Source of the DNA: Candidatus Heimdallarchaeota archaeon
GTDB lineage: Archaea; Asgardarchaeota; Heimdallarchaeia; Hodarchaeales; Hodarchaeaceae
Direction: 5' to 3'
Assembly: GCA_020353515.1 (NCBI GenBank)
Contig: CP070695.1
Location: 4,753,414 to 4,817,413, forward strand
Length of the DNA: 64,000 bases
Both the position numbers and the translations under genes were made by a program. Shown here piece by piece: positions 1 to 8,872 of this stretch. The number at the start of each line of letters is the position of its first letter. Position 1 is the first letter of the stretch. The notes under the pieces were generated by a model. That model made no database searches and was not told the origin of the DNA. It saw only the letters and a program-made list of their open reading frames with translations.

Positions 1-394
1 TACTCGTTTTCTAAAAAGTGAGATTGAGTGGGATGATTATATTCATGGGAAAGGATATCGTACAGAGATGCCACACTCAAATCAACCGAGGTGTCCTCAT
101 TGTAATGGGAGAATAATTTCTTCTGTAGTTAATTTTAATGACCCGATGCCCGAGAAAGAGATGGAAGACTCTGAGAAGCACTCTAGAATGTGCGATGTTA
201 TGTTAGTGGTTGGTTCTACTTTAAGTGTATTTCCAGCTGCTAATTTTCCTATTATTGCGAAAAATTCTGGTGCTATTTTAATAATAATTAACATGGGGGA
301 TACGGAACTTGATAGATTAGCTGATATTCGTATAGAAGCCAAATCTGGAGAAATCTTACCACAGATAATTAATAAAGTAAAATTAATTAGCTAA
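1..394 (+). CDS. Sir2/sirtuin-family NAD-dependent deacylase, 5'-truncated by window edge
   Basis: Frame is open from base 2 to the stop at 394. Contains the zinc-knuckle CPHC, then VVNFND, VVGSTLSVFPAA and IIIN..TELD..AD sirtuin C-terminal motifs. Confidence 0.9.
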   Translation, partial: TRFLKSEIEWDDYIHGKGYRTEMPHSNQPRCPHCNGRIISSVVNFNDPMPEKEMEDSEKHSRMCDVMLVVGSTLSVFPAANFPIIAKNSGAILIIINMGDTELDRLADIRIEAKSGEILPQIINKVKLIS

Positions 395-3300
395 AACCCT
401 TTTCGATAATGTTAACATAACTAAAGGCCTTTATTTGGGTTATCAGATCCTTTACCAGTTTATCTTCCTTTAATAAAGCATAAAGTTTCTCGATAATCTC
501 TAGGTTGTGTATTTCAAGAGTTTTCAGTTGATCTTTCTCCTCATTACTCAATTCCTCTCCAGAATTTTCTTTATAATGGAGCTTTTCCCACCTAGTAAAT
601 TCTATGGAACTTATCATTCTCGATAGAAATTCTAGCAAAGAAACCCTTGATTGATGAATTGTATTTTCCCGAAATGATTCTTTGAGATAGAGTTCATATA
701 CTAGTGAATCAACGATATGTGTCTCGAAATACGTAGTTATGTGCTGAAAACGTTTCTCTTTGGGTTTGATCGAGTGGAGGAAGAGAAGATACTCACATAA
801 CTCAATAAATAAAGGTATAGCTTTGAAATCAGTAGGAATTGGAAAATAGCTTAATGGTTCTCCAAATAATTCAAGATGTTTCCCCTTCCTCTTTCCCATC
901 CAAAAAAACCAAAAATATGCCAGTTTTGAGTTTAGGATTAACAGGAGGCTCTTTAACTTCCCTTTGTCGTTTTTATCATTTAAGATATAGTACACATCTT
1001 GAGCAGCGTACCAGTCAAACGAATTGTATGCAAATGTGTTCCTTAAGCTTCTTTGGGGAGTTATTATCTTTGGGGATGTGAAAATATCTTGAGTACGTGG
1101 CCTATTAATATATGGTGGATTATCCAATGATTCTTGTAATATTTCCCGAAATTTCTGTAGATGTCTCTTTATTTTGGGTAACATATCTAAGTTAACAGTG
1201 TTTCTGTTCAAGTAAAGAATACTCTTCTTTGTTTGGATGGCTGTATGATATCGGGATATGTCAGAATTCTTATAAAAATTCTTTAAATGGATTTTTTCTT
1301 CTTGAGAAAACGATTCAATTATATTTAGGTCACTAGGATTTTCTGAATTCAATATGAATACCCCTAATCCCATCCATTCATCGGATAACCTGTATTTTTT
1401 GATTTGTCGTCCTGTTATATTGTTGAGGCCTGTTACAATACCTTCCTTAACATAAAAACCACTTGTTTTCAACATTGATGAATTCTTAATAATCTGTTTA
1501 ATGATTAATCTAATTTGTTTAGGAAAAAAATGAAAATACCCATCCCAATCCTCAAAAATAAGCTCTTCTTGCTTCGTCATAAAAGTCCTTTGTGCATCTA
1601 ATTTTTTGATTAAATTCGTTACTTGAGGGTAAGTATTTTCAAAAAGGACACATTCGATATCATCATTCGTCTTTCTCGCTTTTTTGAATGTTATTAAGTT
1701 AATATGCACACCCTGAGCCGTGTCGAACACTTTATTCTCTTGAAAATTAATATATTTCATAATAAAGGTATCTGATAATATTCGAGTTCGTAATTTAGCA
1801 GCTCCTGTTGCTGTCACCCAATAACTGGAGGTTATAAATGATGAAAATGCATTTGGAAGCATTAAATCTAGACATCTCTGAAGAAAAAGATACCATAGAT
1901 CCATCTTTCCTTCATAGTATTCTGGTAACGCTTTAGCATATATTCTAAATAGCTCCTTATTCCCACTTTCACCTAAATAAGGTGGATTTGCAATTACAAT
2001 ATTAAAACCTCCCGCATTCAAGAATATTTCAGGGAATTCGTTTATCCAGTGGAACGTTTTTACTTTTTTAAGCTGAAACAAGTCTATTGGGTGATCCTCG
2101 GAGAATTTTTGATCTAGGATAGAATTTACTTGAGCTGTTATCCTAATCAGAAAATCTTGTAAAGATGAACTAAAATCCCCTGAGGAATGTATTATTCGAT
2201 TTATCTTTTCTTTTGTTCTTAAAACCTGATTTATACTTAATTCATCAATTTTATCCTGAAAAAAAATTAGATTGAGATTTTCTAGCTCTTTTTCTACCTG
2301 GCCTTCGATTTTTAAGACCTTATATGATTCTTTTATGTATTCTAGCAAATTAGTATCTATAGTCAAACTTTCTAAATTGGCTTTTGTATTGTTTTTCATT
2401 AAATATGATTCAAGTTTCAATTGTTTGGTTGATCTGTCCCTTTTGAACTGTATATATCCTAAAAGGGTATTCCCCTCCTTCAGATTCAGTTTAACTAAAG
2501 GGAGATCTTGTAGGAGATTTGAATGTTTGTTTAAATTCTTAATTAATAAAAGATATAATCTTGCCTTCGCAATTTTCAAGACATCAGGGTCTGTATCAAC
2601 ACCAAAAATGTTATTTGAAAGAATTGAGTGCATTACTGATAATTTAAAATCATCTTCGCTGGAAATCTCGAAAAAACGGTGTAAAGATGCATCATTCTCA
2701 TCCTTTAAAGTTTCAATTAGGATTTCTTTTTTAGAATCCCTCCAAATTCGCTTGTAAATCTCCATAAGTCTTTGAAGAACACTTTCTAATAGATGAGCAG
2801 AGCCAGCAGCAGGATCCAAGATTTTTAAATCTTGTAATTGAAATAGAAGGTATTTTACAATCCTTACATCATGAAATCTAATGATAGAGTTTATAGTTTT
2901 AAAGTTGGTATTAAATTTAGCATTCACTCTATCAAAGAGATACGAATCTATCGTAGTTTTGCAGATATACGAAGTAATTTTCTCTGGTGTGTAATAAGAT
3001 CCAAAGTTCTTTTTTTCTACCTGAGTAAAGAAATTCTCATAGATCCCACTAAGAACGAAACCATCAAAATTAACCAAATAATTTTCAAAAACATTTAACA
3101 AGGGGAAATCCCTTATTTTTCCCTTTGATGATAAATAATCTACTAATTGAAGACTAAATTTTTCATCATAGAAACACTCATCTGGGATAAATATTTCATT
3201 TAGATTATTCATGTAATCAAAAATGATAACTGGTTCAGGAATCACAATCTTTCCTAATGTTTTATTCTTAAAATACCTGTTTTTTTTGTTGAGATTAAGT

Positions 3301-3566
3301 TTCTTAAGGAAATAAATGATAAAATCAAAGTAATTGACAAACGAGGAATTCCCTGTGTTAATTTCTTTGAATTTTGTTAAAAAATAATTGCTGTCTCTAT
3401 TGAAAAACTTTCTTCTTTGGACAAACCACAAAAGCAGCATTTGTAGAAGAAAAGAATGAACAAATTCTTTCTTTATTGCTTCATCAAGAAATCCACTTGT
3501 ATTTTGGTGTAAATACTTCCAAATATTTCTGTAGAGAAGATAAAACTCTTCCATTGTAGATTTCAT
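387..3566 (-). CDS. Large gamma-class N6-adenine DNA methyltransferase with C-terminal target-recognition domain (Eco57I/type IIG-like), no evident nuclease domain
   Basis: GSYYTP, motif I LDPAAGSAH, FGVD, FHW..EFP, motif IV NPPY and a TaqI-C-like C-terminus (KII..Q...LLILNSKL). Confidence 0.85.
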   Translation of the reverse strand: MKSTMEEFYLLYRNIWKYLHQNTSGFLDEAIKKEFVHSFLLQMLLLWFVQRRKFFNRDSNYFLTKFKEINTGNSSFVNYFDFIIYFLKKLNLNKKNRYFKNKTLGKIVIPEPVIIFDYMNNLNEIFIPDECFYDEKFSLQLVDYLSSKGKIRDFPLLNVFENYLVNFDGFVLSGIYENFFTQVEKKNFGSYYTPEKITSYICKTTIDSYLFDRVNAKFNTNFKTINSIIRFHDVRIVKYLLFQLQDLKILDPAAGSAHLLESVLQRLMEIYKRIWRDSKKEILIETLKDENDASLHRFFEISSEDDFKLSVMHSILSNNIFGVDTDPDVLKIAKARLYLLLIKNLNKHSNLLQDLPLVKLNLKEGNTLLGYIQFKRDRSTKQLKLESYLMKNNTKANLESLTIDTNLLEYIKESYKVLKIEGQVEKELENLNLIFFQDKIDELSINQVLRTKEKINRIIHSSGDFSSSLQDFLIRITAQVNSILDQKFSEDHPIDLFQLKKVKTFHWINEFPEIFLNAGGFNIVIANPPYLGESGNKELFRIYAKALPEYYEGKMDLWYLFLQRCLDLMLPNAFSSFITSSYWVTATGAAKLRTRILSDTFIMKYINFQENKVFDTAQGVHINLITFKKARKTNDDIECVLFENTYPQVTNLIKKLDAQRTFMTKQEELIFEDWDGYFHFFPKQIRLIIKQIIKNSSMLKTSGFYVKEGIVTGLNNITGRQIKKYRLSDEWMGLGVFILNSENPSDLNIIESFSQEEKIHLKNFYKNSDISRYHTAIQTKKSILYLNRNTVNLDMLPKIKRHLQKFREILQESLDNPPYINRPRTQDIFTSPKIITPQRSLRNTFAYNSFDWYAAQDVYYILNDKNDKGKLKSLLLILNSKLAYFWFFWMGKRKGKHLELFGEPLSYFPIPTDFKAIPLFIELCEYLLFLHSIKPKEKRFQHITTYFETHIVDSLVYELYLKESFRENTIHQSRVSLLEFLSRMISSIEFTRWEKLHYKENSGEELSNEEKDQLKTLEIHNLEIIEKLYALLKEDKLVKDLITQIKAFSYVNIIEKGFS

Positions 3567-3805
3567 TACTTTAAACTCTTAGAACACCCAGAGAGGGTTA
3601 TATATCAAAGAAAAAGAGTGATTCACCCTTGCATGAAGAAAAAATATACATGACTTATGAGAGTATTCTCTATTTCTAACTTATCAAGATAACTAGAATT
3701 CAATAAACAGAAAGCTCACTAGAAGAAGAATTAATATCAAGCAAAAGATAGAAGGGGTGCCTGAAAAACACCCTCAGTGGAAAGATATTCTGTTACTGTT
3801 ATTCC

Positions 3806-4174
3806 TTATTTGAATAGAGCTGCCATTCGAGAAACTTCAGCATGGATGTTCAAGGGAGGGATCTGTACATCTCCTGGGGTCCAAGTCAAGAAATAATACC
3901 CATTTGGAGCACGTGCTACTACTATAATACCTGCACCTCCAACATTTCGAGCTACTAAATATCCAGTATCCCATTCATTCATAATAGTAGAAAAACGGGT
4001 TCCTGCGATAGTAACTCCTGGTTCTTTATTTTTCCAAGCATTCAATACACTAGCACCATTTACTTGCCAATCAGGTTGATTGGTCCAGTACGTCCCGCCA
4101 TTAGCATCAAGAATCGTTACAATTGACACATAACCATTTTGAATTAAAGAATTCATAGTATCTTGGTATGACAT
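3806..4174 (-). CDS. Profilin (Asgard-type actin-binding protein)
   Basis: 122 aa. MSYQDTMNSL resembles the eukaryotic MSWQxYVD start; ILD.NG..YW, GVTIAGTRF and LVAR..G..GIIV follow the profilin pattern, with a C-terminal helix. Confidence 0.85.
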   Translation of the reverse strand: MSYQDTMNSLIQNGYVSIVTILDANGGTYWTNQPDWQVNGASVLNAWKNKEPGVTIAGTRFSTIMNEWDTGYLVARNVGGAGIIVVARAPNGYYFLTWTPGDVQIPPLNIHAEVSRMAALFK

Positions 4175-4450
4175 AGTTCCAACCTCGAATTAAAACGTCC
4201 TTACATAGTAATATTAAATACGAAAGAAGTAATTATGACCTTTGATATATATGTTTGCATAATTAAAAGTAATGGAAAAACACTTTGATATTGTCACTCT
4301 ACTTTACAATAACATAATCTAAGATAATCAAACGAGAATAAGATGTTAATGACAAATGTTATTTATTCATGAGATTTAAATTAAAATAAATTACAAAATG
4401 TTATGTTAAAGAGTAATAATTCTGAAGTATCTAGAGGAGAGATTCCAGTT

Positions 4451-5680
4451 ATGACAGTAATTGAGAAATGTGAGCTTATTTGGAGAGGGAAAAAAGATAG
4501 AAAAGGAAAACCTATTGACAAACCGCGTACATTAAAAGTTATCCAATCAATCCACACACCAAGGTTTGCGAAGACCTGGAGAAACAAACTCGCAACTGGA
4601 GATAACATATTTGTCATTAAATCTCTTCTAAAAGACTTTACAGGTAAAATTAATCTTGTATATATTGACCCACCATTTGGGTCAGGAACAACATACAAAC
4701 TGAGTCTTAAAGTTGGAAAAACCCAAGAGAAAACTTACAAGAAATCTTCAAATACGATAAAAAATGGTTTTAACGATATTTGGGGGGAAACTAGTTTAGA
4801 TAGTTATTTAACTTTTATGTTTGAAAGATTGGTTTTAATACATGAACTATTAGCTACTACTGGATCGATATTCGTTCATTTAGACTGGCATACTGTACAT
4901 TATGTCAAAGTGATCATGGATGAAATTTTTGGGCGTAAAAACTTCAGAGGAGATATAATTTGGCAACGAACCCCTGGGCACCATTTATCATCAACGATGG
5001 ATGTAATGACTGATGTTATCCTCTGGTACAGTAAAACCGATAATCTGTTGTACCATCAACAATACCAATACTTGACTGATGAGGAATTAAATGAGAAGTT
5101 TCCTTACACTGAGGCTGAAACAGGACGTCGTTTTACGCATGAAAAACTCGAACAGAGTGCGAATGCATACAGCATTGGGGAAAAAAGGATAATTGATGGC
5201 AGGGTGGTTACAACAAAGCTGGGCTGGCGATGGACACAAGAAACATTTGATAGAAGAATAAAAGAAAATCCTTATTTGATTTTTTGGACAAGTAAAGGAA
5301 GACCACGGTACAAACGCTATGCTGACGAATACTTAGGGAGAAAAATCGGTAACCTCTGGACTGATATTCAGTCCCTTGCGTCAAATGATAAAGAAAGGAT
5401 AGGTTATCCAACCCAAAAACCTGAAGCTTTACTCAAAAGAATAATAAAAATGACTACCAATGAAGGAGATCTTGTTGTTGATTTCTTTTGTGGATCTGGA
5501 ACCACTTTAACAGTAGCAGAAAAATTAAATAGACGATGGATGGGTGTTGATTCCTCAGAATATGCCATAGAACTAACGAGAAAACGATTATTAACACTTA
5601 AAGGATCCAAAGACTTGCTTGTTGAAGGATTGTGTTATGAAAAAGAAACCAATCCTTTCGAAATATTGACTCTTGATTAA
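4451..5680 (+). CDS. Beta-class site-specific DNA amino-methyltransferase (Mod/N6_N4-MTase family)
   Basis: Motif IV YIDPPF precedes motif I DFFCGSGTT; YPTQKPEALL present. ATG 4451 follows GAGGAG (ORF track starts at 4403). Confidence 0.9.
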   Translation: MTVIEKCELIWRGKKDRKGKPIDKPRTLKVIQSIHTPRFAKTWRNKLATGDNIFVIKSLLKDFTGKINLVYIDPPFGSGTTYKLSLKVGKTQEKTYKKSSNTIKNGFNDIWGETSLDSYLTFMFERLVLIHELLATTGSIFVHLDWHTVHYVKVIMDEIFGRKNFRGDIIWQRTPGHHLSSTMDVMTDVILWYSKTDNLLYHQQYQYLTDEELNEKFPYTEAETGRRFTHEKLEQSANAYSIGEKRIIDGRVVTTKLGWRWTQETFDRRIKENPYLIFWTSKGRPRYKRYADEYLGRKIGNLWTDIQSLASNDKERIGYPTQKPEALLKRIIKMTTNEGDLVVDFFCGSGTTLTVAEKLNRRWMGVDSSEYAIELTRKRLLTLKGSKDLLVEGLCYEKETNPFEILTLD

Positions 5681-5720
5681 TAGAGATAATAAAATGCTTT
5701 ACTACTAATATTAAGTATTT

Positions 5721-6242
5721 TTACGTAATTGAAAACGGAGCCTCCCATGTATCTTGTATTCGTCCAACAAGATGAACTGGGAGGGACAAAGGGCCAAGGT
5801 GAAAATCCAACCTAATGTCAAAATCAAGAACTAGATATGCATCTACGACTGCAAGTAGAGGAATCCAAGAAGAAACATTTACATTAAGCACAATCTGCAC
5901 AAAATCATTCGGATTTATCGTCTGAATTTCTTCTGACACATTCACTAAAGTTGTATCAGGAAATAAACCAAAATTTTCAATACTCACTACAGATAACGAG
6001 ACATCAATATTACCATTCTTTAACGAAGCTAGAGAATGGTTACTAATATTAAAGGGAATTGTGATATCAATGAAACCACTATAATTTGTCCCATTTCGAG
6101 AAAGATTAGGATGGATTTCAGGTTGAGGAGGGAGTTCCACACGAACTTGTTGAGCAGAGAAAAAAGTAAGAAGTGCAATGGAGGTGATGAGTATAGTCAT
6201 TAAGACAGGTACAATTAGGGGCTTTTTAGAGCGATTGGTCAC
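5721..6242 (-). CDS. Hypothetical membrane-anchored protein (N-terminal TM, beta-rich ectodomain)
   Basis: 173-aa ORF with a hydrophobic N-terminal helix; GTGA overlap with the upstream ORF. Confidence 0.6.
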   Translation of the reverse strand: MTNRSKKPLIVPVLMTILITSIALLTFFSAQQVRVELPPQPEIHPNLSRNGTNYSGFIDITIPFNISNHSLASLKNGNIDVSLSVVSIENFGLFPDTTLVNVSEEIQTINPNDFVQIVLNVNVSSWIPLLAVVDAYLVLDFDIRLDFHLGPLSLPVHLVGRIQDTWEAPFSIT

Positions 6243-6448
6243 TGTTTTGACATCCAGAGGTATGCTACAGCCAAGCTGGAAGTTAGAACCATGAATACCA
6301 GTAGTACCATCATTAAATTGCTTCCTACCTCGAAAATATATGTCCCACCCGTTCTACTTCCAAGAAATATTCCCAAAATTGTAGATCCTGTCATTATTGC
6401 AGTAATTTTACCAACATCTAACAGATTTTGATTATCCATATAGTTCAC
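6239..6448 (-). CDS. Small two-TM hypothetical membrane protein
   Basis: 69 aa with two hydrophobic segments; coupled to the downstream gene. Confidence 0.55.
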   Translation of the reverse strand: MNYMDNQNLLDVGKITAIMTGSTILGIFLGSRTGGTYIFEVGSNLMMVLLVFMVLTSSLAVAYLWMSKQ

Positions 6449-6547
6449 GCTAGAAATCTATCTGATTATCATTTGATAACAAAAGGTATATAAAGGTTGC
6501 TGAATAATTACTTCATGAAAACTCATCAAGAGATTAATTAGAAATCA

Positions 6548-6787
6548 ATGGTAATAATCATGTCTCGAACTCCAAACTCAGATAAATCTACTCTGGAAGA
6601 CGAAGCTTCCATTAAAAGGAAGGAAAAGGCTAAAACAATTCTATTACGTGTTTCAGACCCTCTTTATGATTCTATTAAAAAAGCTATTGACTTAGGAATA
6701 GCTGACAATGCTTCAGAATTCGTTCGAAGATGTGTTGTTAATCAACTCTTAGATTTAAGACTTCTAGGTATCGAAGAAAGAGATTAA
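6548..6787 (+). CDS. Ribbon-helix-helix (CopG/MetJ-like) DNA-binding protein
   Basis: KTILLRVSDPLYDSIKKAIDLG..NASEFVRRCV fits the RHH pattern; the true start may be ATG 6560. Confidence 0.75.
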   Translation: MVIIMSRTPNSDKSTLEDEASIKRKEKAKTILLRVSDPLYDSIKKAIDLGIADNASEFVRRCVVNQLLDLRLLGIEERD

Positions 6788-6788
6788 T

Positions 6789-7574
6789 CTAAATTTTTCT
6801 GGCAATCCCAAAAAAGACTGGCATAAATGAAAATCGGTCAGCAGGGCTGTATGTTTCAAGAATATACTTTAGTTTTGCTAATTTAGCACTATTTTCTCCA
6901 AGAAAATGAGCCAATTTATCGAATTCGGCCTTGTATAAATCCATCACAATATCTGGAGAGAGTACAGATGATTGAAGACCCACTTCTACTTGGAGATCGG
7001 CTTTATGAAAAAGTGAACGCAATTTCCGCCCAATATAGGGATCATGAGCAGATAACGATTCTAACAGGAGCTCTTCCCATTGTTCACTAGCAGGATAATC
7101 AAGACGTCCTCCATAATCAGGCTCAGCTAAACACGCTATCCATCCCCCTATGCGAGTTACTCGTCTCATTTCCTTTAATACGGCAAGTGGCTCCTTTACC
7201 CACATTAGGAAATAATTACACAGAGTAATATCGAAATTATTATCTGAAAATGGTAATAATTCTCCATTTCCGCAGATACTATTAGGACTAAGGGATTCTA
7301 CTTGAGAAAATTTTAATGCAAACAAATTCCAATCAAGGCCCACAAGTCGTGCTCTCGGATTTATCGTCTGGATTTCCCTCAGTATTGCACCTGTTCCTGA
7401 ACCCACTTCAAGGATGGTTTTTGCATGGAATAATTCCATTTTGCGATATAATCGTTTTCTGGTTGATACGGTCCACTCCATTTGATCCTCATACATTTCA
7501 TTGAAATAATGAGCATCTTCTTCTGAATTTATCCGATCTTTCACGATTAATCGTTGGCCTGGCTCTCGGGACAT
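6789..7574 (-). CDS. Class I SAM-dependent methyltransferase
   Basis: ILEVGSGTG, LVGLD, LPFSDNNFD and L.EMRRVTR.GG motifs; start overlaps the radical SAM gene end by 28 nt. Confidence 0.9.
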   Translation of the reverse strand: MSREPGQRLIVKDRINSEEDAHYFNEMYEDQMEWTVSTRKRLYRKMELFHAKTILEVGSGTGAILREIQTINPRARLVGLDWNLFALKFSQVESLSPNSICGNGELLPFSDNNFDITLCNYFLMWVKEPLAVLKEMRRVTRIGGWIACLAEPDYGGRLDYPASEQWEELLLESLSAHDPYIGRKLRSLFHKADLQVEVGLQSSVLSPDIVMDLYKAEFDKLAHFLGENSAKLAKLKYILETYSPADRFSFMPVFFGIARKI

Positions 7575-8872
7575 ATGTATTCCTCACGATAGAAACTTAG
7601 AGGACAGCCACCACCACAAATATCAAGTTGGTTACAATCCTTACACTCTTCGGGGACGTTCGTATGAGTTCGCAGTTCTTGTGATAATGGATTATTCCAT
7701 ATTTTCTCCCAGCTATCATTCAAAATATGCCCTAGTCCCTTGTAGTAACTCTGACAGGGAATCACAGTTCCATTGGGTTCAATGGCCATTGCTAATTGTG
7801 AGGCAGAACATCTCTTTACTCCAAGTCCTAGGTTATTCGGATCAAGTTCACAGTACCGAGTAGGAGTGTACCAAATAAAGTTCATGTTACATTCATCAGC
7901 TACATCCTGAATTGTTTCAAGAATGGGAATCAATTCACTCTCAGTGAAAGCTATCTGTGACATATTTTTTCCTTTTCCTGCATATATAATTGAATTACAG
8001 GCGAATTGTTCAACACCAAGGGTAGAAAGAAACTCAATTGTCTCTGCTATTTGAGGGCTATTCAATCGAGTTAACGTGGTGTTTGTAAGAGTATAAATTG
8101 GTGTATCAATTGCATTTTTTATTCCTTCAACTGTTTCAGCCCATGCTTGGTCATTTCCTACCATTTGATTATGAATCCTTTCATCTACACTTTCAAATGT
8201 AATCTGAATATGATCTAATCCGTTAATGACCAATTTATCAACATATTCTGCTTCCTTTAGATTTCTTCCATTTGTGATAAGTCCAGTAACTATACCAATA
8301 TTCTCTGCATGGTCTATTAAATCAGGTAGATCAGGACGTAATGTGGGTTCTCCTCCTGTAAAAGTCACATGAGGAATAGAAACCTCCCAAAGTCGATCTA
8401 AGATAGACTTCCAAGTGTTTGTATCCAATTCACTTGCATTAAGAGAGTCTGGTTGGTTATAACAATGTTCACATTTGTTGTTACAGCGGTAGGTGAGAGC
8501 TAGATCCATTCGTAACGGAGCACTTAGTTGTAAATCCGTTAAATTCGATTCTTCCACCTGTAAGGAATGTATTGGGCAAATATCGTCTGTTGTTGATAAT
8601 GTATGAATCATCTCTTTTAAAGACTGTAGATCAGTATTAGCTTGCTGTTCACTGACACGATACAGACTCCTTAGCTCTTTAACAATTTCTAAATCAGGTC
8701 TCCCTTTTAGGATTCTTTCTACAAAAAAGGTTGCAGTAGGATTGAGATTTAGTATTCTCGACGCGTTGATAATTAAGAGACCACTATCTCCCTGGCGTCG
8801 AAGGTGTAAGCGGATATCTCCATCTTCTCCTTCTCTTAAGTGTACTAATTCAGCATTTTCTGTCCGTTTCAT
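7547..8872 (-). CDS. PqqD/RRE-fused radical SAM-SPASM protein (peptide/protein maturase type)
   Basis: N-terminal PqqD-like LNPTATFFV...IVKEL..LY.V...A..DL; CNNKCEHC; FTGGEP; SPASM C..(x)..IEPNGTVIPC and CKDC-x5-CGGGC plus a final Cys. ATG 8872 overlaps the upstream TAA. Confidence 0.92.
   Translation of the reverse strand: MKRTENAELVHLREGEDGDIRLHLRRQGDSGLLIINASRILNLNPTATFFVERILKGRPDLEIVKELRSLYRVSEQQANTDLQSLKEMIHTLSTTDDICPIHSLQVEESNLTDLQLSAPLRMDLALTYRCNNKCEHCYNQPDSLNASELDTNTWKSILDRLWEVSIPHVTFTGGEPTLRPDLPDLIDHAENIGIVTGLITNGRNLKEAEYVDKLVINGLDHIQITFESVDERIHNQMVGNDQAWAETVEGIKNAIDTPIYTLTNTTLTRLNSPQIAETIEFLSTLGVEQFACNSIIYAGKGKNMSQIAFTESELIPILETIQDVADECNMNFIWYTPTRYCELDPNNLGLGVKRCSASQLAMAIEPNGTVIPCQSYYKGLGHILNDSWEKIWNNPLSQELRTHTNVPEECKDCNQLDICGGGCPLSFYREEYICPESQAND

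Noticed and set aside
1-3566. Sir2-based anti-phage system with the adjacent MTase
   Set aside because: The visible part looks like a canonical zinc-binding CobB-type sirtuin and is convergent with, not co-transcribed with, the MTase.
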